A stretch of 64,000 nt of DNA from Nitrososphaeria archaeon. GTDB taxonomy: Archaea > Thermoproteota > Nitrososphaeria > JACIWG01. Within the stretch, counting starts at the first letter, position 1. Each line of letters begins with the position of its first letter. The notes below the pieces were generated by a model. It was not told the origin of the DNA and did no database searches. It saw nothing but the letters and a program-made list of their open reading frames with translations. A program made the translations under genes and the position numbers. The DNA lies in assembly GCA_963752255.1 (NCBI GenBank), contig CAVVXT010000019.1, positions 320,001 to 384,000 on the forward strand, given 5' to 3'. Positions 19,456 to 27,518 of this stretch are shown one piece after another.

Positions 19456-20591
19456 ATGATGGATATGCGACCTAACAGAGCCCTACAGATATTAGCTCAA
19501 GAAGATAACGTAAAAAGAGTAGACGCTAACACATACAAAGTTAAATCACAATCGGGGAAAGGTATTTATCAAGTAATAAGAGTAGGTGAAGAATGGAAAT
19601 GCGAATGTGCAGATTACATCAAAAGGGGAATTGCATGCAAGCACATATATGCAGTTACTTTTTCACAGGCTCTAAGACAACAGGTTAGCTCAACAGAAAA
19701 GCTGGGAATAGAGCTTACAGAAAAACCCGATAACTGCATTTACTGTGACTCAGGAAATGTAGTCAAAAGGGGATATGCTTATGAGAAAGGAAAGAAGGCT
19801 CAGCGTTTCTGGTGTAAAGATTGCAATAAGACCTTTGTGCTGAATTACGGATTTAGGGGAATGAAGAACGATCCTAAGGTAATTACTGTGGCTTTAGATG
19901 CCTATTTTAGAGAAATGAGCCTTAGGGATGTCAGAGATCATCTGATACAATTTTACGGGGGTTAAAGTGCATTATGTAACAATTTTAAGATGGATTTCCA
20001 AATACACTAAGATCATAGGAGATTATGTTGATGGATTCGAACCTGAGGTAAGCGACACTTGGCACGTAGATGAAATGATGATCGACGTTGAAGGAAAGAA
20101 GCAATGGCTCTGGAACGTCATGGACGATGACACACGCTTTCTTTTAGCAGAGCAGGATAAGCAGGAAAAGGGATGTGAGAAGTGCAAGGATACCTCTGCA
20201 TGACGCACAAGATAGAGCTGGGATAAGACTGAGATATGTGGTAACTGATGGATTAAAAGCCTATCCTGATGCAATAACGAAGGAATTTTATACTGTGGCT
20301 AATCCAAAAACCAAGCACGTGAGATTACCGAGTATAAGGGAAAGACCAAACAACAATATAATTGAAAGACTACATGGAACAATAAGAGAGAGAAATAAGG
20401 TTCAAAGAGGATTAAAGGAAGGGGCATCAACCAACATAGCTGAGGGACAGAGGATATTCTACAATTTCATAAGAGGACACATGGGAATAGACGAAGAAAA
20501 GACACCAGCGGAAAAAGCGGGAATAAGACTCAAATTGGAAGGAAACAAATGGATGGAACTAATAAAAAAGGCGACCGCAACACAATTTTAA
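19456..20591 (+). CDS. tnp: IS6-family DDE transposase with N-terminal SWIM and Zn-ribbon domains; two apparent +1 insertions
   Basis: CECADY..ACKHIYAV (SWIM), CIYC..CKDC, WHVDE / VTDG / NNIIERLHG catalytic triad. Frame breaks at G5 19957-19961 and ~20148. Confidence 0.9.
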
Positions 20592-20605
20592 CAAGTGGTT
20601 CTCAT

Positions 20606-21277
20606 CTATTGTTCTTGATTCTTGGTGAGTAACTGCGTTCTTCTTTTCCTTAAACTAATTCCCAAAGCGATTGAGCTTAATATTATGGCTACGACCGCCA
20701 GAATCGTGCTAAGTTGTGTGAATGAATTCATAAGCAAAGAGCCTATTGAGGGTTGAGATTCTGGGCTAATGAAAGTAGGTCTGAAAGTTGCCCAAACATC
20801 GCTTGAATTTACTTTCCCATTCTTTAGTTGTTCTTCGATATGCACGATTGGACTAAACCATCCGAGCCTTGCTTGTCCCTCACTGAGACCTACATCCTTA
20901 TCAAAGACCCTAATAGGCGGCATCGTTGTGCTGTACCCACTACCAATCACTGAAAGTTTTACATCTTGGGGTATCGGGGGGGTGCGATATAAGGCAGAGG
21001 GAGTGGAAATGTCAAGCAGAATGGACGTGACTCGTGTTTCAACAACATCAGTCCCAAAGGACTTCACAGTGAATGAAATCGGAATCGTGTAGAATTCACC
21101 AGTAACAAATGTTACGGGGCAATCAAAATTAAATTCGTAAACAGCCCCATTATTACTTGTTACATCAGATACAGTAGTACTCCAACCAGCTTGGGTCGCA
21201 TATGAACTACTCGGTAATAGAAACAACAATAATACAACGCATATAATTATGGAATAACCAATAGGACGAGTCATCAT
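20606..21277 (-). CDS. IS passenger: secreted protein with C-terminal membrane anchor
   Basis: N-terminal signal peptide, beta-rich body, C-terminal TM followed by RKRR. Confidence 0.8.
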   Translation of the reverse strand: MMTRPIGYSIIICVVLLLFLLPSSSYATQAGWSTTVSDVTSNNGAVYEFNFDCPVTFVTGEFYTIPISFTVKSFGTDVVETRVTSILLDISTPSALYRTPPIPQDVKLSVIGSGYSTTMPPIRVFDKDVGLSEGQARLGWFSPIVHIEEQLKNGKVNSSDVWATFRPTFISPESQPSIGSLLMNSFTQLSTILAVVAIILSSIALGISLRKRRTQLLTKNQEQ

Positions 21278-21454
21278 TTTAAACTAAAAAGCCTAAACTT
21301 ATATATAAAGATATACATAAATATAAAATGATAATTTTTAAGAAGAATCAATATTATCAAAATCAAGTCAAAAAATAAAAAACAAGAGCACACGATTTAT
21401 CAATATGACTGATATTCATAGGTCGTATAAGACTTGTCATAACCTTTTGAACCA

Positions 21455-21515
21455 TGCACAACAACGCAACACCAACATTTTCCTAAACCCTATGCACAAT
21501 GGATGCACAAGAACC
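21455..21515 (-). repeat. Right terminal inverted repeat (IRR)
   Basis: Revcomp GGTTCTTGTGCATCCATTGTGCATAGGGTTTAGGAAAATGTTGGTGTTGCGTTGTTGTGCA; three TTGTGCA motifs. Confidence 0.88.
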
Positions 21516-21630
21516 CTATTAACTGTTATAGTTACACTTTGGCCTACTGAAAGTATGTAAGCCAATAAGTAAACAGTTGTTTTCTTTTAAATAGTCAATA
21601 GTTAAATAGAAACTTCCCTTAACTGAATAT

Positions 21631-22692
21631 ATGCTAGGGTTGGCGCATTATCCTGAAGGCGAATTAAGGCTCTTAAATACGGAGGAACCTAAAATCGGAA
21701 AGAACCCTTACGCACCCAACGACACGATTTTGGAGATAAAATACTGTGGAGTCTGCGGCACCGATGTGAAATTCTGGAAAGGGAAAGGTAAGATAATGGG
21801 GCCGGAGAAGCCGGTTGTGACAGGCCACGAGATATCAGCGGTCATAAAAGACGTAGGCGAAAATGTCGAAGGTTTCAGGAAAGGGGACAGAGTCGTCGCT
21901 GAAATAGTCACATTCTTTTGTGGCCGATGCATAAACTGTAAGCAGGGAAAGGTTAACATCTGTTGCAACATCCCCCACAGAGAACAGAGAGTCTACTTTA
22001 CAACCGGGGGAGGATTTGCTAAATATGCTGCTTGGCCCTCTTATTGCTTGCATAGATTACCCGATGAAATATCTCTTGAAGAAGCGTCCCTGATTGAGAC
22101 GACCGCAGGTAGCGTTCACGCGCTAATTGAGAGAGCTAACCTTACTGCAGGTGAATCCATAATAATCTTCGGCCCAGGTGCAAGGGGGCTTGTAATGCTG
22201 CAGGTCGCAAAGTCACTCGGTGCATACCCGATAATTGTGGCCGGTACGACTGCCGATGAAGTAAAAAGGCTCAAGATGGCTAAAGAGCTTGGAGCAGACG
22301 AGGTTCTGAACGTCGAGAAAGAGGATGTAAAAAAGGCTGTGAAATCTTACACGAAAAATTGGGGCGCGGACGTAGTTATGGAGTGCGCAGGAAGCCCAGA
22401 AGCGGTTCTGCAAGGTATCAGGTCGGTTAGACCAGGGGGCAGGATGATATTGTCAGGTGGTGGAACTGTTACGCTGGATACGGGGGACTTGATCGAAAAA
22501 GAGATGTCGTTAATTGGAGAAGTTTCGCATATATGGACTTCTTGGGAGACAGCCATCACACTTGTCAAAAGTGGTAAAGTAAAGCTTAAGCCTCTAATCT
22601 CACATATTTTTCCTCTGGCCAGCTGGGAGGAAGCGTTCCGCACAGCCGCAGACAACAGAGCATCTTTGAAGGTTCTCATCAGACCAGAATAG
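21631..22692 (+). CDS. Zn-dependent alcohol dehydrogenase (MDR; sorbitol/threonine DH-like)
   Basis: CGVCGTD, GHE, CGRCINC..C, GPGARG. Confidence 0.92.
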   Translation: MLGLAHYPEGELRLLNTEEPKIGKNPYAPNDTILEIKYCGVCGTDVKFWKGKGKIMGPEKPVVTGHEISAVIKDVGENVEGFRKGDRVVAEIVTFFCGRCINCKQGKVNICCNIPHREQRVYFTTGGGFAKYAAWPSYCLHRLPDEISLEEASLIETTAGSVHALIERANLTAGESIIIFGPGARGLVMLQVAKSLGAYPIIVAGTTADEVKRLKMAKELGADEVLNVEKEDVKKAVKSYTKNWGADVVMECAGSPEAVLQGIRSVRPGGRMILSGGGTVTLDTGDLIEKEMSLIGEVSHIWTSWETAITLVKSGKVKLKPLISHIFPLASWEEAFRTAADNRASLKVLIRPE

Positions 22693-22974
22693 CTTAACCA
22701 AATTAAGAAAAAAATTCGATCTGGTTCAATAAAGGCATACTGCATAGAACACCGTACTTTAGAGGCTGATCTAGGTTGGAGCTTTAATCCCCGACGTATC
22801 AGTTAGAGGTTTAAAATATATTAAAAGAGACTGCCAAAGAAACAGCTAAGGTTTTGTGAATAAAGCAGATCACTAAAAGCAAATGGTCAAAGACCAAGTT
22901 AGGCAAATAAGAAGAATATTCGGAAGACTAGGATAGCTTTTTATAACTCTGCAGGGAATGAATTTTGAGACCGA

Positions 22975-23109
22975 ATGCCTAGGTGTGACGTGTGCGGCAA
23001 AATCGTAAAGGATGTAGCTAAGCACAAGAGAAGAAAGAGATGTGGTGCAAAGACGTCCTCTCCCCCAACGTTAGACAATCTAAGAAACAGGATAGCACAC
23101 GGTTGGTGA
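22975..23109 (+). CDS. Small basic C2HC zinc-finger protein, 44 aa (not in the ORF track)
   Basis: MPRCDVCGKIVKDVAKHKRRKRCG..; TATA TTTTATAA about 30 nt upstream. Confidence 0.65.
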   Translation: MPRCDVCGKIVKDVAKHKRRKRCGAKTSSPPTLDNLRNRIAHGW

Positions 23110-23263
23110 CATAAATGTCTGTAGGAGAAGATCATGCGTGGCGACTTCCGTAAAAAGATTAGAGTATTAAGACACATCAGGCACCTGTTGCTGGACACTT
23201 ATTTTGGATCAAGTTCCCTGACATTTATTGATTATAGGAGTTATGATGTTTGTCTGTGGGGAC

Positions 23264-24733
23264 TTAATCCGTCGGAAGTTTGTAGTGTTCAGTGATTATA
23301 TGATGATATTCTTCAGGTTCGACAAGTGACCTGAACGCCCTCTGCACTACCTCGCTTAATGAGGGATGTATGTGCATTCCCTGTGTAATCGGGTTAACAC
23401 TCTGCGATGGCGTATACATCAGGTTTATGATCTCCTGTATAAGGATAGAGGCGTATGGCCCAATAACATGCGCGCCCAGGATCTTCCTTTCTTTCTTCTC
23501 AACGATCACTTTCACGAAGTAGTCCTTTACGTTCATTGCCAGCCCCTTGGCCGTGTCTTCGTATCTTTCTACGCCTATTACTATGTCGTCTGAACCGTAT
23601 CTTTCGAGCGCTTCCTTCTCCTTTAACCCCACACCAGCGACTTCCGGGTAGGCGAATATAGCGTGTGGGACGGCGTGATAGTCCACTTCCATCTTCTTCC
23701 CCAGTACTGCGTTATAGTATACGACAAGAGCTTCATAGTTTGCGACATGCTTGAACATGTATTTGCCGTCTGCGTCGCCGAGCGCCCAAACGTTGGGCTG
23801 TGAAGTTTGAAGGTATTTATCAACGATGATCCATCCCTTTCCGTCCGTCTTTATCCCACCTCTTTCGGGGTGCAGGATGTCGCTGTTGGAGCTTCTTCCT
23901 GAAGCAACTAAAATTTCATCTGCTTCTATCACTACTTCTTCTCCGTCTACCCCGTTTACAGCGGTGACCTTCTTTTTATTCGCCGAAGCATTTTCTACCC
24001 TGCGTACTTCAAGACCTGTCATCACAGTCATGTACTTCTGGAACTCACGTTTAGCTAACGCAGATATTTCAGGCTCTTCCTCAGGGATAAACTTGGGGTT
24101 TCTGCCTATAATCGTGACCTCCGAACCCATGGCTGATAGGAAGTGCCCATATTCCGCGGCGATATACCCTCCCCCGATAATAGCTGTGCTTTTCGGGAGC
24201 ACATCAATTTTTAAAAACGTATCACTTGTATAATATTTGACGTTGTCAAGGCCGTCTATTTTTGGTATAGTAGGTTTTGAGCCCGCACCCAGAAAGATGA
24301 GACCAGAATGTATAGTGTCATCGCCTACCTTTAACGTATATGGAGCGATGAACTCTGCAACTGTAGGATAGTAATCGATACTATCCGTATGGGTGAGTCC
24401 CTCCCGAATCGATTCAATATCTCCGTAGATTAGTTTTCTCATCCTGTCCATAACGGCCTTGAAATCTATTTCTTCTACAGTTGTGTGTATACCGAATTCT
24501 TTAGCTTTTTCAATCGTCCTCACAACCTCCGCGGGATAAAGAAGAATCTTTGATGGAATACAGCCTCGTGTTAGGCAGATCCCTCCAGGCTCATCCTTAT
24601 CTATAACCGCAACCTTCGCTTTCGGATTACCATTAATTAGAGCGTACACGATTTCAGAGACCGAACCCGTGCCTATCGCGATAGCATCATATTCTTTCAT
24701 ACTGAAAACGCAGAATCGGTTTAATATAAACAC
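23264..24733 (-). CDS. Dihydrolipoamide dehydrogenase/mycothione reductase-like flavoprotein disulfide reductase (start probably 24700)
   Basis: GGICLTRGCIPSK, GGGYIAAE, HIHPSLSE. Confidence 0.9.
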   Translation of the reverse strand: MFILNRFCVFSMKEYDAIAIGTGSVSEIVYALINGNPKAKVAVIDKDEPGGICLTRGCIPSKILLYPAEVVRTIEKAKEFGIHTTVEEIDFKAVMDRMRKLIYGDIESIREGLTHTDSIDYYPTVAEFIAPYTLKVGDDTIHSGLIFLGAGSKPTIPKIDGLDNVKYYTSDTFLKIDVLPKSTAIIGGGYIAAEYGHFLSAMGSEVTIIGRNPKFIPEEEPEISALAKREFQKYMTVMTGLEVRRVENASANKKKVTAVNGVDGEEVVIEADEILVASGRSSNSDILHPERGGIKTDGKGWIIVDKYLQTSQPNVWALGDADGKYMFKHVANYEALVVYYNAVLGKKMEVDYHAVPHAIFAYPEVAGVGLKEKEALERYGSDDIVIGVERYEDTAKGLAMNVKDYFVKVIVEKKERKILGAHVIGPYASILIQEIINLMYTPSQSVNPITQGMHIHPSLSEVVQRAFRSLVEPEEYHHIITEHYKLPTD

Positions 24734-24832
24734 ACGTAATAAACATTTTTGATACTAACCAAATAGACGACAGCATCGCTCCAGTTAATTTGAATAACAA
24801 GAAAAGATATGGATCTCAGAACGCTCCACGCA

Positions 24833-25330
24833 CTATAGCTGATCCTGCATCCAGATCGAAGGATCATACATTCTATTCCATAGATCTTCTTCGATAAGCG
24901 TTTCCTTAACTATAACTTCATCTTTCAAAGCCTGGAAGATGCCGTGGTGTCTAATCTCATCCTTTAAAATTATGTTCAGTATCATCTTCACCTTTGGATT
25001 GTCAGTGGAATCGGCTATCCTCTTGACTTCGTTCATGTGGTAAGCTTCTTCTTTTATATGGTATTCGATTTTTTCCTGTATCCTACCTAAGTCCTCGGGA
25101 GAAATCATCCTCCTACCCGGCTCAAGGATATCCGCCAATGTTCCATATAACTTGGCATGCCTTCTAGAATCCAATGCCATTACCTCAAGTAATAATTTAA
25201 TACCATAACTCCTAACACTGCCGGCAAGCCTGTCTATTTCCTTTGCAAGCTTTTCTTCACCTTTAGCCATTTCTTCAAATGTCTTTATCTCTTTGACGTC
25301 AGTCATAACTTCAAATAAAAGGTGCGACAA
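24833..25330 (-). CDS. Ferritin-like/rubrerythrin-domain protein (start probably ~25306)
   Basis: DSRRH, EEAYH, DEIRHH di-iron-type motifs. Confidence 0.8.
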   Translation of the reverse strand: MSHLLFEVMTDVKEIKTFEEMAKGEEKLAKEIDRLAGSVRSYGIKLLLEVMALDSRRHAKLYGTLADILEPGRRMISPEDLGRIQEKIEYHIKEEAYHMNEVKRIADSTDNPKVKMILNIILKDEIRHHGIFQALKDEVIVKETLIEEDLWNRMYDPSIWMQDQL

Positions 25331-25356
25331 TATAAATCTTATATGATAGGTCGCAC
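25322..25356. promoter_or_regulatory. Inverted repeat GTGCGAC-N21-GTCGCAC bracketing the TATA box of the ferritin-like gene
   Basis: 7-bp perfect arms around TTTATAT (minus strand). Confidence 0.45.
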
Positions 25357-25490
25357 ATCATACTTTAGTACAACTTCCCTTAAAACTTAATAGCATTCAA
25401 TATTTCGTTCAACAAGAAAAAATTGACAGATAAACAAAAACAAAAAAATAAGGGGGTTTAATGGCTGCCTATCGCTCTGTCCTTTCTACT

Positions 25491-25664
25491 TTACTTACAT
25501 TCTGCGGCGGTCTTTCCTCTTAAAATCCACGCCAGTCCTCCTATCGTTAAACCACCGAGTACGAAAGCACTTGTGAGTGCGATACGTGGGTGCTCTTTTG
25601 TCATTTCCTCAGCCCTATCGACCCCTATTTTCACATTTTCCTTTATTCTATTCACAGTGTACAT
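25491..25664 (-). CDS. Small tail-anchored membrane protein, ElaB/YqjD (DUF883)-like, 57 aa (not in the ORF track)
   Basis: MYTVNRIKENVKIGVDRAEEMTKEHPRIALTSAFVLGGLTIGGLAWILRGK..; EHP followed by a Gly-rich TM. Confidence 0.65.
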   Translation of the reverse strand: MYTVNRIKENVKIGVDRAEEMTKEHPRIALTSAFVLGGLTIGGLAWILRGKTAAECK

Positions 25665-25707
25665 ATCAATCGTTTCTATTTAGCCAGAAGTGGAGAGATA
25701 AGAATTT

Positions 25708-25723
25708 CCCGAAAATATTCGGG
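25708..25723. promoter_or_regulatory. Palindromic operator CCCGAA-N4-TTCGGG upstream of the YqjD-like gene
   Basis: CCCGAAAATATTCGGG; on the minus strand followed by AAATTCTTAT, same geometry as the 16989 copy. Confidence 0.65.
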
Positions 25724-25946
25724 TTTATTTCTATAAATGTTCAATAGCATCTCTGGAAATTAGATTAAAAAAATTCAATCGGTCCTTTAATTTGTTCCTG
25801 ATCTGAGGAAGTCGAAGTTGCCGCTGTAAAGAAAAGTGGGTAGTTATCTTTGAAGTGGAGAACCTCTGCAATTAAGACGATTAGGAGTGTCCTCTGCTCC
25901 ATGGACAAAGACCGATTTTCCTAGAAAATTGTATACAAAGGAAACC

Positions 25947-26750
25947 TTATCCGGGTTCCTTGATCTTTGATAACGTCGTAAGGTATGTGCCGTCCGTCAG
26001 GTACAGCTTTGTCTTTTCCTCTATCAGGTACTTCATTATGGTATTTGAATGCCTTTCCACAGCCCCGTTTATTGGAATCCCTCCCACTATTTTGTTGAAG
26101 GCTGGTAAAACGATAAGCTTTATGTTCTCCTTTGGGATTCGAAAGCTTAGATTGTTTTTTGCATACACTTCAGCATATCTGCCTCTGTCTATTTCCCCAA
26201 TAAGCCAGACCGGCTCGAACAGCCTTAGGCCGATGCTGTCCCTCAGCTCGATCATGTAGTGTCCATGCCCAGTTATGATATACGATGTCCGCAGGCTTTC
26301 CGGTATCGGCCACGCGTTGCCGTGTAGGAGGGTAAATGAGCTACTCTTGCATTTTACGTACGTTCCTCTGGATGTGATGACCTGCACGTTGTCTGGCAGC
26401 AGGTTCCTTATGCCTCCATCGTGGTTCCCAAGCGTCACAACGATGTGCTCGAACCATTCGTTCAACCTGTTAAAGAACGTCGTAACCTGAAAGAAATCGA
26501 AGGACGAAGCCCAGGCAACCTTGTGCTTGACGTCCCCGAGGATGAACAGATCTTTAGCTCTGTGCTTCTTGCCTATTTCGACCAGTCTGTCTGCTAAGGC
26601 ATGTGTCCTCTGTGGCAGGCTGATGCCCTTCTTTAACAGTTCTATCTCGTACCCTATATGAATGTCCGAAACTGCCAGCCCCCTTCTTTTACAGTCCAGT
26701 AAAACTGCTGAGTCCTCAAATAATATTCTGAGATCACACATTTTTTTCAA
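25947..26750 (-). CDS. Metallophosphoesterase (Lhr-associated MPE type)
   Basis: SDIHIG, LGDVKH, GNHD, LHG, GHGH, VLPAFN. Confidence 0.88.
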   Translation of the reverse strand: MKKMCDLRILFEDSAVLLDCKRRGLAVSDIHIGYEIELLKKGISLPQRTHALADRLVEIGKKHRAKDLFILGDVKHKVAWASSFDFFQVTTFFNRLNEWFEHIVVTLGNHDGGIRNLLPDNVQVITSRGTYVKCKSSSFTLLHGNAWPIPESLRTSYIITGHGHYMIELRDSIGLRLFEPVWLIGEIDRGRYAEVYAKNNLSFRIPKENIKLIVLPAFNKIVGGIPINGAVERHSNTIMKYLIEEKTKLYLTDGTYLTTLSKIKEPG

Positions 26751-27432
26751 GGCTCAGTAGCGGGAAGATTTCTGTCTTAACAAAAGAGGACAGGTCCTTG
26801 ATTTCTATCTTGGTGAAGGAGACCACTATGCCGTTTCTCGTAAACCCTACGATATACCCAAACTTCTTTGACCTCACGACGATGTACCAGAGCTTTCCAT
26901 GGGTCAGGTACTCTGAATAGAGAGCGGTGTTCGCCAAGCCCGAACCATACAGCGAAAGTTTGCTGATGTTAGGTATGTCTACGTCGTCGAAGAACAGGAC
27001 CTTGGCGTCCTCCATGTGTTCTTCGTGATACTTCTTGATGGTGTCCGGCTCTATCCTAACCTCCAGAATCCTTCCGGGCAGGAGGAAAAGTATCTTACTC
27101 AGCTGGTTTGCTACATTGTTGGCTCTCTCCTTTTTTTCGAACACGGCCAAAAGCAGTCTTCCGTTGAAAGAGAAAAGTTCAAAGACGACTTCGAATGTTC
27201 TGGGGATAAGCCTGAGCAACCCCTTGCTTGGGATGTAAAGGGGGGTGTCGAAGCTGAATATGCCCCTTAAGGAGTCGGCTCGGATCTCTAGATCCTTTAT
27301 TTCGTTCACGAGCTCGGCCTTCTGTTCGCCTTCCACGAAGTCGTTTGCAACCCTGAACCCTTTGAGTTTCAGAGCGGCTTCCTCCAAGGACATGTACTCT
27401 TCAGCAACGAAGATTTTACAGGCGAGAACCAT
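26734..27432 (-). CDS. Hypothetical protein between Lhr and MPE
   Basis: 232-aa ORF, overlaps the MPE start, protein-like composition. Confidence 0.8.
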   Translation of the reverse strand: MVLACKIFVAEEYMSLEEAALKLKGFRVANDFVEGEQKAELVNEIKDLEIRADSLRGIFSFDTPLYIPSKGLLRLIPRTFEVVFELFSFNGRLLLAVFEKKERANNVANQLSKILFLLPGRILEVRIEPDTIKKYHEEHMEDAKVLFFDDVDIPNISKLSLYGSGLANTALYSEYLTHGKLWYIVVRSKKFGYIVGFTRNGIVVSFTKIEIKDLSSFVKTEIFPLLSLEKNV

Positions 27433-27518
27433 AAAGAAGTGTCTGAAGAGTGCATTATAAAACTTTTGCGCATTAAGCTAATCTTCGGCATTCAAACATT
27501 GGAATGTTCACTGTTGAA

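Larger units (their letters stand above)
18727..21515 (+). mobile_element. IS6-family element with passenger genes (2,789 bp)
   Basis: IRL GGTTTTTATGCATC.. / IRR (revcomp) GGTTCTTGTGCATC.., imperfect over ~62 bp. Perfect 8-bp direct repeats CTATTAAC at 18719-18726 and 21516-21523. IS6-type DDE transposase inside. Confidence 0.92.

Noticed and set aside
19951-19966. Programmed frameshift in the transposase
   Set aside because: No X-XXY-YYZ slippery heptamer; a G5 homopolymer error is simpler given the window-wide indel rate
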